A stretch of 64,000 nucleotides of DNA from positions 31,521 to 95,520 of the forward strand of contig DIAF01000045.1 of NCBI GenBank assembly GCA_002414665.1, in the 5' to 3' direction. Below the pieces are notes generated by a model, which did no database searches, had not been told where the DNA came from, and was given only the letters and a program-made list of their open reading frames with translations. The position numbers and the translations under genes are program-made. The stretch comes from Halieaceae bacterium UBA5085 (GTDB lineage Bacteria; Pseudomonadota; Gammaproteobacteria; Pseudomonadales; Halieaceae). Positions 27,511 through 37,454 of this stretch are shown here, piece by piece. How positions within the stretch are numbered: the first letter of the stretch is position 1; each line of letters begins with the position of its first letter.

Positions 27511-29010
27511 TCAGCCTCCCTCCAGGTAGCGTGCCTCCAGATGCGCGCGGAACCACGACGACTGCAAGGGACTCCCGGTGGCCTGCTCCATAAGCGCGTT
27601 GTAGTCGAGGAATTTGCCCTGGCTGTGTACGTTTTCACGCAGCCAGCCCAGCAGGGCACAGAAATTGCCCTCGGCCAGCTGTGCGGGCAGCTCGGGCAGC
27701 GACCTGCGCGCGGCGGCAAACAGTTGTGCTGCGCTCATCGCTCCAAGCGTGTAGGTCGGGAAATAGCCAAACAGGCCGGCGGGCCAGTGCACATCCTGAA
27801 GACAACCATCCGTGAAGTTACCGGCGGTGGACAGCCCCAGGTAGGCCTGCATGCGTGTGTCCCACGCATCCGGTATGCCGGCGACATCCAGCGTGCCCTC
27901 AATCAGTTCGCGCTCAATTTCATAGCGCAGAATGACGTGCAGCGGGTAGCTTACTTCGTCGGCGTACACGCGGATATAGCCACGGTTTACCCGTGTGAAC
28001 AGCCGGTACAGGTTGTCCTCCTGCCAGGCTGTACTGTCTGCCCTGGCCGCTGAAAAACAGCGCTGCAGATGCGGCGTCAGGAAGTGCAGGAACTCCCGGC
28101 TGCGGCAGGCCTGCATCTCCATCAGCAGGGACTGGCTTTCGTGCATGGCCGTGCTGAGGGCCTGCCCCACGGGTTGGGACCGCCATGGCGCCGGTAGCCC
28201 CTGTTCGTATAAGGCGTGCCCCGTTTCGTGGATAACGCCCATCAAGGCCTGGGTAAAGCCCTCGGTTTCGTACCGAGTGGTAATGCGTACATCACTGGGC
28301 ACCCCGCCACAGAAGGGGTGGTGGCTGACGTCGAGTCGCCCGTGCTCAAAGTCAAAGCCCAGCGTGCGCATCATTTCAAGGCCGAGCGCGCGCTGTTCCT
28401 CAATCGGGAAGGGGCCTTCGGGCGGTACAGCAGGATGCTGCGCCTGTTTTTCTATCACCGCGTCCAGCAGCCCGGGCAGAAAGGCTTTCAGTTCGGCAAA
28501 CAGTGGGTCCAGCTGTGCGCAGGTCATACCGGGTTCGTAGCTGTCCAGCAGGCTGTCGTAGAGGGACATGCCGTTCGCGGCCGAGCGTGCGGCGGCCTCC
28601 TCCCGTGCCAGCGCGACAACCTCTTCCAACAGTGGCGCCATGGCTTGCCAGTTATTTTCCGCGCGATGCACGCGCCAGGCCTGTTCACAGCGACTGTTGG
28701 CCAGTGCCCGCCGTTCCACGAGGTTTTCCGGGACACAGGTGGCGTCACGGAAGCTGCGGTGCATTTCGCGCAGGTTGGCAGCCTGCCAGGGTGCCAGTGT
28801 TTCGGCCTCGGCCGCTGCCAGCCAGTCGGCCAGTTGCGTGTCGGTGAGCATCTGGTGTGTGATGCCATCCAGCGTCGCCAGCGCCTGACCGCGCGCGCCG
28901 CCGCCACCGGTCGGCATCATGGCGGCTTCATCCCACTGCGCAATCGCGCCCACGTGGTAAAGATCATTGAGTCGAGCAAAGTGTTTGTGCAGCTTGTCGT
29001 AGGGTGTCAT
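27511..29010 (-). CDS. M32 carboxypeptidase (Taq-type metallocarboxypeptidase)
   Basis: HETGHALYEQG zinc motif plus HESQS and DVHW signature segments. Confidence 0.9.
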   Translation of the reverse strand: MTPYDKLHKHFARLNDLYHVGAIAQWDEAAMMPTGGGGARGQALATLDGITHQMLTDTQLADWLAAAEAETLAPWQAANLREMHRSFRDATCVPENLVERRALANSRCEQAWRVHRAENNWQAMAPLLEEVVALAREEAAARSAANGMSLYDSLLDSYEPGMTCAQLDPLFAELKAFLPGLLDAVIEKQAQHPAVPPEGPFPIEEQRALGLEMMRTLGFDFEHGRLDVSHHPFCGGVPSDVRITTRYETEGFTQALMGVIHETGHALYEQGLPAPWRSQPVGQALSTAMHESQSLLMEMQACRSREFLHFLTPHLQRCFSAARADSTAWQEDNLYRLFTRVNRGYIRVYADEVSYPLHVILRYEIERELIEGTLDVAGIPDAWDTRMQAYLGLSTAGNFTDGCLQDVHWPAGLFGYFPTYTLGAMSAAQLFAAARRSLPELPAQLAEGNFCALLGWLRENVHSQGKFLDYNALMEQATGSPLQSSWFRAHLEARYLEGG

Positions 29011-29118
29011 GGCGTTAGTCCCGTTGGTGTCGCAGGCGGTTTTGGTTTCAATTTTTCCGGTTCAAGGTATCATACTGCGTGCGTAACAGCGTGGAGCCCT
29101 GCAGTGATAAAAAAAGAC

Positions 29119-30909
29119 GTGTTGACCACTCTCGCCGAACTTCCCAATTTGATCAAGGTGAAGAAATTACTGCGTCCCCGCCCCGGCGACACGCGCGATT
29201 GCCTGGGTGCCCGTGTTGCTGCCAACGCGGCGCGTATTCCGCGACGCTCGGCCTTTATCTGTGAAGGCCAGGCCCTGGACTGGCAGCAGTTCAACGCCGA
29301 AGCGAATCGCTACGCTGCGGTGTTTCGAGCCCAAGGCCTCAAGCGGGGCGACGCGGTGAGCGTGCTCATGGAAAATCGCATCGCCTTCATGGTGGTGGTT
29401 ATCGCGCTCAACAAGCTGGGCGTGATTGCTTCGCTGATCAACACCAGTCTGACGGGACGCCCACTGACCCATTGCGCGGAGATCACCAACGCCAGCAAGT
29501 TCCTGTTCGGCGAGGAGTGCATGGACGCCGTCAGCAATGTGCGCGATACGCTTGCGCTGGCCGATGGTGACTATCTCTTCGTACCGGACGCCGGTTCGCG
29601 CGCCGCGCCACCCTGGGCGCTGGACATGGCGGTTGCGGCTGCCGAGGCGGATGCGGAAAATCCCGCGGAGACGGCGGATATCGTGATCGACGATACCGCG
29701 TTCTATATTTTCACCTCCGGCACCACCGGCTTGCCCAAGGCTGCCGTGCTGTCCAACCGGCGCTATCTCCTCACCGCCAGTGTTGTGCAGGTGGGCGGCC
29801 TGCAACTCACCGAAGATGACCGGTTGTACTTGTGTCTGCCGCTGTTTCATGGAACCGGGTTGATGGTGGGCGCCGGGGCGGCGTTTCTCGCCGGAGCCAG
29901 CATGTTTATCCGACGCAAGTTCTCTGCCAGTCAGTTTCTGCCGGAGGTTCGTCAGTATCGCACTACGGCCTTTGTTTACATCGGTGAGTTGTGCCGCTAC
30001 CTGCTTCACGTGCCGGCACAGGCCGATGATGCGGACAACCCGCTGCGTGCGGTGGTGGGCAACGGCCTGCGTCCGGATATCTGGCACAGCTTCAAGCAAC
30101 GCTTTGGGATTCGGCGAGTGGCAGAGTTCTACGGTTCCAGTGAAGGCAACGTGGGCTTTTTCAACCTGTTGAACAAGGATTGCACGGTTGGCACCTCGGC
30201 GTTGCCAACGGCGCTGATCAAATACGACGTCGACCTCGACGAGGTGGTGCGTGATGCCGCAGGTCGCTGTCAGCGGGTGGCTGCAGGCGAGCCCGGCCTG
30301 TTGTTGGGGAAAATCACCCCGCACACCAGGTTCGAGGGCTACACCAGTTCTGAGGCCACGGAAAAGAAGATACTGCGCGATGTGCTGCAACCGGGGGACG
30401 CCTGGTTCAACACGGGGGACCTGATGCGGACGGTTGACGTAGGTTTCGCCCTCGGGTTGCCGCACTACCAGTTTGTGGACCGCATCGGGGATACCTTCCG
30501 CTGGAAAGGGGAGAATGTCTCGACCAACGAAGTCGGGGAAATTCTCAATCTGCACCCTCAGGTCGCGTTGAGCAATGTTTATGGGGTTCAGGTCCCCGGC
30601 ACTGACGGTCGCGCCGGCATGGCGTCGTTGCGCCTGGAGGAGGGCGTGGAGAGCCTTGACCTGGACAGTTTCTCGACACATGTGCACAGGGAGCTGCCGC
30701 ACTTTGCGCGGCCGCTGTTCCTGCGCATTCAGCGTGAAATCGATACGACTGGCACCTTCAAACTGCTCAAGGGTGAATTGCGCAAGCAGGGCTACGACCC
30801 GGCGCTGGTCGCCGATACGTTGTGCGTGCTGAAGCCGGGTGCATCACGCTATGAGCCGCTGGATGCCGCGTTCCACGCGCAGATCGTCCAGGGTACGGCC
30901 GGTTACTGA
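29119..30909 (+). CDS. FATP-type (very-)long-chain acyl-CoA synthetase
   Basis: AMP-binding motif FYIFTSGTTGLPKAAV and FRWKGENVSTNEV. Start set at GTG 29119. The upstream 900 nt of the listed ORF is antisense to the M32 gene. Confidence 0.8.
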   Translation: MLTTLAELPNLIKVKKLLRPRPGDTRDCLGARVAANAARIPRRSAFICEGQALDWQQFNAEANRYAAVFRAQGLKRGDAVSVLMENRIAFMVVVIALNKLGVIASLINTSLTGRPLTHCAEITNASKFLFGEECMDAVSNVRDTLALADGDYLFVPDAGSRAAPPWALDMAVAAAEADAENPAETADIVIDDTAFYIFTSGTTGLPKAAVLSNRRYLLTASVVQVGGLQLTEDDRLYLCLPLFHGTGLMVGAGAAFLAGASMFIRRKFSASQFLPEVRQYRTTAFVYIGELCRYLLHVPAQADDADNPLRAVVGNGLRPDIWHSFKQRFGIRRVAEFYGSSEGNVGFFNLLNKDCTVGTSALPTALIKYDVDLDEVVRDAAGRCQRVAAGEPGLLLGKITPHTRFEGYTSSEATEKKILRDVLQPGDAWFNTGDLMRTVDVGFALGLPHYQFVDRIGDTFRWKGENVSTNEVGEILNLHPQVALSNVYGVQVPGTDGRAGMASLRLEEGVESLDLDSFSTHVHRELPHFARPLFLRIQREIDTTGTFKLLKGELRKQGYDPALVADTLCVLKPGASRYEPLDAAFHAQIVQGTAGY

Positions 30910-30933
30910 TGGCGTTAACCGGGTAAACAGGCT

Positions 30934-32589
30934 ATGTTGGCATCTATGCAAAAATATGCCCGTGTCGTCACCGGCTGCTTGTTGGCCGGTCTTCTGCTTG
31001 CCTGCAGTGCCGGCGAGTCCAACGTCGCTCAGGGTAACCGCGAAGGGATCTTACACTTCGGCAATGGTTCCGAGCCCCAGGGCCTGGATCCGCACGTGGT
31101 GACCGGCGTACCCGAGAGCAAGATTATCGATGCGCTGTTCGAGGGGCTCACCCGAAAAAACCCCTGGACGCTGGAGCCTGAGCCCGGCGCGGCAGCGAGT
31201 TGGGAGTTCAGTGAGGATCGCCGGGTTATCACCTTCCATATGCAGCCTGAGGGTCGCTGGTCAAATGGCGACCCGGTAACCGCGCACGATTTTGTCTGGT
31301 CCTGGCGGCGTGCGCTGGATCCAGCGATGGGCAACCTGTATGCCTACATGCTGTACCCGGTGAAAAATGCCGAGGCCTATGCGACCGGCAAACTTGACGA
31401 CCCGGAGCAGCTTGGCGTGCGCGCGCTGGATGACATGACCCTGGAGGTGACGCTCAACGCGCCGACGCCGTATTTCCTTCAGCTCATGGATCATTACTCG
31501 AGTTTCGCCGTGCACCCCGAGACCATCGAACGCTTTGGCAAGGCGACAGACCGTTTCACCCGTTGGACCCGTGTCGGCAACATCGTGACCAATGGTCCAT
31601 TCCAGCTCAAGAGCTGGGAGCTCAACCGGCGCATCGTCGTGGAGCGCAATCCGCATTACTGGGACAGTGAAACAGTGCGCCTGAACGGCATTGTGTTCTA
31701 CCCGACGGAGAACATCGTCAGCGAGGAACGCATGTTCCGCGTCAATCAGCTGCATTACACCGGCGACGTGCCGCTGAACAAGATTCCCGCCTACCGCAGC
31801 CTGCCCAACACCCCGTTTGTTGAAGCGCCCTATCTGGGCACTTATTTTTACTTGCTGAATACCGAGCGTCCGCCGCTGGATGACGTGCGGGTGCGCAAGG
31901 CTCTGTCGCTGGCGGTTGACCGCGAGGCGCTCACCCGCAACGTGTTGTACGGCAGCAATAACCCGGCGTACGCCATCACACCCCCGGGTACGCTTGGGTA
32001 CCAGCCTCCGCAGTTGTTCACCCACGATCCGGCGGAGGCGCGCCGCCTGCTTGCCGAGGCAGGTTATCCCGGCGGTGACGGCTGGCCCGGGCTGGAGCTC
32101 ATCTACAACACCAGTGAAAGCCACCGCAAGATCGCCGTGGCGCTGCAGCAGATGTGGAAAGATGTGCTCAATATCAAAGTCACGCTTTCCAACCAGGAGT
32201 GGAAGGTTTATCTCGATTCAGTGTCCGAGATGAATTTCCAGATAGCGCGTCGGGGCTGGATTGGTGATTACGTGGATCCCAACAACTTTCTCGACCTCTA
32301 CATCACTGATGGCGGCAATAACAACACGGGCTTTTCGGACCCGGTATACGACGACCTGATTCTGCAGCGCGCGCCGCGCGCGGCCTCTCAGGAAGAGCGC
32401 TTCGCGCTGTTCCATGAAGCGGAGACGCGCCTGATGGAGCAGATGCCGATCATTCCCGTCTACACGTATGCCAGCAAACATCTGGTGCACCCGTCGGTGA
32501 AGGGGCTGCCCGCCAACCTGATGGATTTCATCAACGTGAAGTACATTTATCTTGAGGATGTACCGCTGACTGAGTTCGAACTGGAGTAG
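30934..32589 (+). CDS. Peptide ABC transporter substrate-binding lipoprotein (family 5, OppA/DppA-like)
   Basis: Lipobox LLLACS and family-5 SBP architecture over 551 aa. Confidence 0.9.
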   Translation: MLASMQKYARVVTGCLLAGLLLACSAGESNVAQGNREGILHFGNGSEPQGLDPHVVTGVPESKIIDALFEGLTRKNPWTLEPEPGAAASWEFSEDRRVITFHMQPEGRWSNGDPVTAHDFVWSWRRALDPAMGNLYAYMLYPVKNAEAYATGKLDDPEQLGVRALDDMTLEVTLNAPTPYFLQLMDHYSSFAVHPETIERFGKATDRFTRWTRVGNIVTNGPFQLKSWELNRRIVVERNPHYWDSETVRLNGIVFYPTENIVSEERMFRVNQLHYTGDVPLNKIPAYRSLPNTPFVEAPYLGTYFYLLNTERPPLDDVRVRKALSLAVDREALTRNVLYGSNNPAYAITPPGTLGYQPPQLFTHDPAEARRLLAEAGYPGGDGWPGLELIYNTSESHRKIAVALQQMWKDVLNIKVTLSNQEWKVYLDSVSEMNFQIARRGWIGDYVDPNNFLDLYITDGGNNNTGFSDPVYDDLILQRAPRAASQEERFALFHEAETRLMEQMPIIPVYTYASKHLVHPSVKGLPANLMDFINVKYIYLEDVPLTEFELE

Positions 32590-32592
32590 CCT

Positions 32593-33525
32593 ATGTGGCG
32601 GTTTGTGGTGGGGCGCCTGTTGCAGGCAATACCCGTGATTCTAGCGGTGATCACCGTCACGTTTTTTCTGGTACGTGTCGCGCCCGGCGGCCCCTTCGAC
32701 AGCGAAAAAGCGGTCATACCTGAAGTCAAGGCGGCGCTGGAGGCGCAGTACCGGCTCGACCTTCCCCTGGGGCAGCAGTATCTGGCTTACCTGGGAGATC
32801 TCGCGCAGGGTGATCTTGGCCCTTCCTTCAAATACCCGGGGCGCAGTGTCAACGAACTGATTGCTGCGGGCCTGCCGGTGACTGCCGAGCTTGGTGCCTA
32901 TGCCTTGCTGGTGGCGGTTGTGCTGGGCGGACTGGCGGGTGTGGTTGCCTCGCTGAAGCCGAATAGCGCCCAGGACTACATACCCATGTCCGTCGCCATG
33001 ATCGGCATCTGCATGCCGACGTTCCTGCTCGGACCGCTGCTGGTACTGTTGTTTGGCATCCACCTGGAATGGTTGCCGGTGGCGGGTTGGGGGGATATTC
33101 CGGGCGACAAGATTCTGCCAAGCCTCACGCTGGGGGCCGCCTATGCGGCCTATATTGCGCGGCTGAGCCGGGCGGGGATGCTCGAGGTAATGTCACAGGA
33201 CTATATTCGCACCGCGCGCGCCAAGGGGCTGCCCGAGTGGCAAGTGGTGACACGTCATGCGCTGCGCGGCGGTCTTATTCCCGTCGTCGCCTTTCTCGGC
33301 CCCGCCTTCGCCGGCCTGCTGGCCGGATCATTTGTCGTGGAAACCATATTCCAGATTCCCGGGCTGGGCCGCTTCTACGTGCAAGCCGCGTTCAACCGCG
33401 ACTACACCATGATTCTTGGTACCACGGTGTTCCTGTCGACGTTGATTGTATTGTTTAATCTGCTGTCTGACATTCTCGCTGCGTGGCTGAACCCCCGTTT
33501 GCGTGCGCAGTACGGGGAGGCCTGA
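32593..33525 (+). CDS. Peptide ABC transporter permease (OppB/DppB-like)
   Basis: Six TM helices. EAA-type loop YIRTARAKGL. Confidence 0.9.
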   Translation: MWRFVVGRLLQAIPVILAVITVTFFLVRVAPGGPFDSEKAVIPEVKAALEAQYRLDLPLGQQYLAYLGDLAQGDLGPSFKYPGRSVNELIAAGLPVTAELGAYALLVAVVLGGLAGVVASLKPNSAQDYIPMSVAMIGICMPTFLLGPLLVLLFGIHLEWLPVAGWGDIPGDKILPSLTLGAAYAAYIARLSRAGMLEVMSQDYIRTARAKGLPEWQVVTRHALRGGLIPVVAFLGPAFAGLLAGSFVVETIFQIPGLGRFYVQAAFNRDYTMILGTTVFLSTLIVLFNLLSDILAAWLNPRLRAQYGEA

Positions 33526-34413
33526 ATGACGGCGGTAAATCTCACCAGTGTGGCACAGGCAGAGCAGGGCACGTCCCTGTGGAAGGATGCCTGGCGCAGG
33601 CTGCGCAAGAACCGGCTGGCATTGTTCGGGCTTGCCGTGCTCACGGCGTTCATCCTGATCGCCCTATTAACGCCGTGGCTCGCACCCTATGCCTACGATG
33701 CGCAGAATCTGGACCTCGGGGCGTCCCCGCCCTCGGCGGAGCACTGGCTGGGAACCGATATCTTCGGCCGTGACCTGCTCACCCAGATCATGTACGGCGG
33801 GCGCATTTCCCTGGCCGTGGGTTTCGTCGCTACCGCAGTCGCGCTGGTCATCGGGGTTACCTGGGGCGCGGTTGCCGGTTATGTGGGCGGGCGCGTGGAT
33901 GCGGTAATGATGCGTCTGGTGGACATTCTGTATGCACTGCCCTTCATGATTTTCATTGTATTGTTGATGGTGGTCTTCGGTCGCAACCTGTTGCTGCTGT
34001 TTTTGGCCATCGGTGCGGTGGAGTGGTTGACCATGGCGCGTATTATGCGCGGCCAGGTGCAGTCGCTTCGGCAGCAGGAGTTCGTTGAAGCCGCGGTGTC
34101 GCTGGGGCTGTCGCCGGCGACTATTGTGCGCCGCCATCTGGTCCCTAATGCACTGGGCCCCATTATCGTCTACACCACGCTGACCATTCCCAGCGTCATG
34201 CTGCTGGAGGCCTTCCTCAGCTTTCTCGGGCTCGGTGTACAACCGCCGGCAACCTCCTGGGGCCTGCTTATATCCTACGGCGCCGAGACCATGGAGGAGT
34301 ATCCATGGTTGCTGATTTTCCCGGGTGCTGCGCTGACGCTCACCCTGTTTGCATTGAACTTCCTTGGCGACGGTCTGCGCGATGCGCTGGACGTACGCGG
34401 CTCTGGAGACTGA
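33526..34413 (+). CDS. Peptide ABC transporter permease (OppC/DppC-like)
   Basis: N-terminal OppC-type helix and EFVEAAVSLGLS loop. Confidence 0.9.
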   Translation: MTAVNLTSVAQAEQGTSLWKDAWRRLRKNRLALFGLAVLTAFILIALLTPWLAPYAYDAQNLDLGASPPSAEHWLGTDIFGRDLLTQIMYGGRISLAVGFVATAVALVIGVTWGAVAGYVGGRVDAVMMRLVDILYALPFMIFIVLLMVVFGRNLLLLFLAIGAVEWLTMARIMRGQVQSLRQQEFVEAAVSLGLSPATIVRRHLVPNALGPIIVYTTLTIPSVMLLEAFLSFLGLGVQPPATSWGLLISYGAETMEEYPWLLIFPGAALTLTLFALNFLGDGLRDALDVRGSGD

Positions 34414-34419
34414 TCGTTT

Positions 34420-36006
34420 ATGCCTTTGCTCAGTGTCCGCGACCTGCAGGTGGATTTCACGACACGCAACGGGCGTGTCACGGCGGTCAACCGCATCGGA
34501 TTCGATGTTGAGGCCGGCAAGATCACCGCCATTATTGGCGAATCGGGTTCGGGTAAGTCGGTGGCCTGCTACAGCCTGCTGGGTCTCCTGCCAGTGCCCC
34601 CTGCCAGTATCGAAAGCGGAAGTGCCTTGTTTGACGGGCGCGATCTGCTGCAGTTGAGTGAGCGGGAATTGCGGCAGATCCGTGGCCGCGACATCGCGAT
34701 GATCTTCCAGGACCCGATGACCTGCCTCAACCCCTACATGACGGTGGGCAACCAGTTGATGGAGCCGTTGCTCTATCACCGCAAGGTGACGCGGCAGCAG
34801 GCGCGCGAGCGCGCGCTGGAGCTGCTGGCTGAGGTGGGCTTGCGCGACCCCGAGTCGACGATAGACCAGTACCCCCACCAGTTTTCCGGGGGCATGCGCC
34901 AGCGGGTGATGATCGCCATGGCACTGATCAATGAACCCAAACTGCTGATAGCCGACGAGCCCACCACCGCACTGGATGTCACCATACAGGCGCAGATCCT
35001 CGGGCTGATAGCAGAGCTGCAGCGCAAGCGCGATATCGGCGTTATCTTCATCAGCCACGACCTGTCGGTGGTCGCCGACATCGCCGATGAAATCGTGGTG
35101 ATGGAAAAGGGCCACGTGGTGGAGCGGGGTGACCGGCAGGCGATTTTCGAGGCCGCTGAACACCCCTACACACAGAAGCTGCTGGCGGCGATTCCCGCGG
35201 GCAGCAAGGCACCTGTCGAGGTGCCCCGGGACGACCTGATCCAGGTGCGCAACCTGTGCACCTGGTTTTCACAGGGGCGCGGGGCGGAGCCGTTACGTGC
35301 CGTCGATGACGTCAGCTTCACCGTGCAGCGCGGTGAGGTGCTGGGTCTGGTCGGGGAATCGGGCAGCGGCAAGTCCACCATCGGCCGCTCGCTGCTGCGG
35401 CTGGTGCCGGTGACTCGCGGTGAGGTACTGTTTGACGGCACCGATGTGACCCGTCTGCAGGGAGCTGCCCTGAAACAGATGCGGCGGCGCATGCAGATGA
35501 TTTTTCAGGACCCGTATGCCTCCCTGAACCCGCGCATGTCGGTCTATGACACACTGGCCGAACCTCTGCTCCTGCACGGTATTGAGTCACGCAAGACGGT
35601 GGAGCAGGGTGTCCTGCGCCTGATGGATGACGTTGGCCTGGCTCGTGCTTTCGTGCGCAAGTACCCCCACGAGTTTTCCGGTGGACAGCGGCAGCGCATC
35701 GCGATTGGTCGAGCGCTGGCAACCCGCCCCGAGTTCGTGGTGGCCGATGAGCCAGTTTCTGCGCTGGACGTGACCATACAGGCGCAGATCCTTGAACTCA
35801 TGCTGGCACTGGGTCGCGAGTACGGCCTGACCATGCTGTTTGTTTCGCATGACCTTGCGGTGGTGCGCCATATCGCCGACCGCATACTCGTGCTGTACAA
35901 AGGCCGTGTGGTAGAGCAGGGTACCGGTGATGCCTTGTTCAATAGTCCACGGGAGGAATACACCCGTCAGCTGCTGCAGGCGATTCCCGGGCGTGGACTG
36001 CTGTAA
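34420..36006 (+). CDS. Fused double ATPase of the peptide ABC transporter (OppD-OppF-like)
   Basis: Two Walker A motifs (GESGSGKS twice) and two signature motifs (FSGGMRQR, FSGGQRQR). Confidence 0.9.
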   Translation: MPLLSVRDLQVDFTTRNGRVTAVNRIGFDVEAGKITAIIGESGSGKSVACYSLLGLLPVPPASIESGSALFDGRDLLQLSERELRQIRGRDIAMIFQDPMTCLNPYMTVGNQLMEPLLYHRKVTRQQARERALELLAEVGLRDPESTIDQYPHQFSGGMRQRVMIAMALINEPKLLIADEPTTALDVTIQAQILGLIAELQRKRDIGVIFISHDLSVVADIADEIVVMEKGHVVERGDRQAIFEAAEHPYTQKLLAAIPAGSKAPVEVPRDDLIQVRNLCTWFSQGRGAEPLRAVDDVSFTVQRGEVLGLVGESGSGKSTIGRSLLRLVPVTRGEVLFDGTDVTRLQGAALKQMRRRMQMIFQDPYASLNPRMSVYDTLAEPLLLHGIESRKTVEQGVLRLMDDVGLARAFVRKYPHEFSGGQRQRIAIGRALATRPEFVVADEPVSALDVTIQAQILELMLALGREYGLTMLFVSHDLAVVRHIADRILVLYKGRVVEQGTGDALFNSPREEYTRQLLQAIPGRGLL

Positions 36007-36048
36007 GCGGCACATCAGCCGGCAGCCCTGCGACGGGTCACCCGCACT

Positions 36049-37416
36049 GTGACAGGGCCGCAGCCGACCGGCGAGGTTGCCGCAGCGGACTACCCGGCCG
36101 CGGGCACGGCCAATTACGCCCTTATGCTGCTGTTGCTGGCCTATATCCTGTCCTTCATCGATCGCAATGTCATGGCCGTGTTGATCGGGCCGATTCGCGC
36201 CGATTTCGCCATCAGTGATTTTCAGTACAGTCTGCTGCACGGCTTTGCGTTTTCCATGTTTTATATCGTCATGGGCCTGCCGATTGCGCGCCTTGCCGAT
36301 CGTCACAGCCGCAAGTGGATCATCACTTCGGGCCTGGTCGCCTGGAGCGTGATGACCTGCCTCTGCGGCGCTGCACGCAGCTTTGGTGGCCTTTTCCTGG
36401 CACGCGTTGGGGTGGGCATCGGCGAAGCCACCCTGTCACCCTCGGCCTACTCCATGCTGGGGGATCTCTTTCCCCGTGAAAAACTGGCGCGTGCCCTCGC
36501 GGTTTACAGCCTGGGGATCACGCTGGGAGGGGGACTCGCCTACGTCGTTGGCGGCGCCGTGTACGCGTGGTTTGCGCAGACCAACCCTGTGACCCTGCCG
36601 CTGCTGGGCGAGATGCGCCCCTGGCAGATGACTTTTATCGCAGTGGGTGCACCGGGCCTGTTGCTCGCGGTGTTGCTGGGCTTTCTCTCCGAGCCGGCGC
36701 GTCGTGGTGGCGGGGTGGCTGTAAAATCGGAGGTGACGGAGCCCTCTACACCCGGGTTAGGCGCGATTGCCCGCCACCTCCGGACGCATGCGCGGGGCTA
36801 TCTCGCGCCGATCGGGGCGGCGTCGGTGCTCAGTATACTCGGCTACGGCACCATGGCATGGTATCCGGAATTCCTCATACGCAGCTTCGCTATGCCCCGG
36901 GCGGAGGCAGGCAGCCAGTTTGGTCTGATGTTTCTGATTGCGGGGAGCCTGGGCGCGTTGGCGGGGGGATGGTCCGTGGAGCCGCTGCGGCGCCGGGGTT
37001 ACGCAGACGCACCGTTGCGCATTGTGCTGCTGGTCGCTGCACTGTGGATGGTGCCGGCGATCGCGGGGCCGTTGAGCGCCACGCCAGAGCACGCAATCTG
37101 GTGGGCGGCGCCCATCGTATTTTTCCTCAATGCGCACTTCGGTGTGGGTGTGGCCGCCGTCCAGTTCATGACGCCCAACCGCATGCGAGCGCAGGTATCG
37201 GCACTGATGCTGTTTTTCACCAATCTGTTTGGGCTCGCCTTTGGTCCCAGTGCGGTCGCGATGCTCACCGACTTTCTGTTCGGCAACGATCTCGACCTGC
37301 GCTATGCCCTGGCGCTGTTGCCGGTGCTGGTTTGTCCGTTGGCGATAGCGCTGGTTCTGCAGGGTCTGTCCGGGTATCGGCAGGCGATTTCTGAAGAAAT
37401 GCAAAAACAGGCTTGA
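36049..37416 (+). CDS. MFS transporter
   Basis: 12-TM pattern with the MFS loop motif LADRHSRKW. The GTG start is uncertain. Confidence 0.8.
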   Translation: MTGPQPTGEVAAADYPAAGTANYALMLLLLAYILSFIDRNVMAVLIGPIRADFAISDFQYSLLHGFAFSMFYIVMGLPIARLADRHSRKWIITSGLVAWSVMTCLCGAARSFGGLFLARVGVGIGEATLSPSAYSMLGDLFPREKLARALAVYSLGITLGGGLAYVVGGAVYAWFAQTNPVTLPLLGEMRPWQMTFIAVGAPGLLLAVLLGFLSEPARRGGGVAVKSEVTEPSTPGLGAIARHLRTHARGYLAPIGAASVLSILGYGTMAWYPEFLIRSFAMPRAEAGSQFGLMFLIAGSLGALAGGWSVEPLRRRGYADAPLRIVLLVAALWMVPAIAGPLSATPEHAIWWAAPIVFFLNAHFGVGVAAVQFMTPNRMRAQVSALMLFFTNLFGLAFGPSAVAMLTDFLFGNDLDLRYALALLPVLVCPLAIALVLQGLSGYRQAISEEMQKQA

Positions 37417-37420
37417 CGCG

Positions 37421-37454
37421 ATCCATATTTGGGAATAAATTCCCAAATATGGAT
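37421..37454. promoter_or_regulatory. Perfect 34-bp palindrome ATCCATATTTGGGAAT-AA-ATTCCCAAATATGGAT
   Basis: 16-nt arms with no mismatch. It sits 5 nt after the MFS stop and abuts or overlaps the candidate start codons (37449, 37455) of the next gene. Confidence 0.6.

Noticed and set aside
28216-29118. The 5' 900 nt of the listed 897-aa ORF (28216-30909).
   Set aside because: This part is antisense to the well-supported M32 carboxypeptidase gene and has no family motifs. Acyl-CoA synthetase homology begins only near 29119, so the extension is a high-GC shadow frame.
33667-35163. Long antisense ORFs in the high-GC core (for example 33667-35163, 29167-30702, 2742-4109, 41619-42875, 57046-58245, 51896-52987, 36567-37394).
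   Set aside because: All lie opposite or out of frame to genes with clear family motifs. Their translations are Arg/Gly/His/Pro-rich and low in complexity, as expected from stop-poor frames in about 63%-GC DNA.
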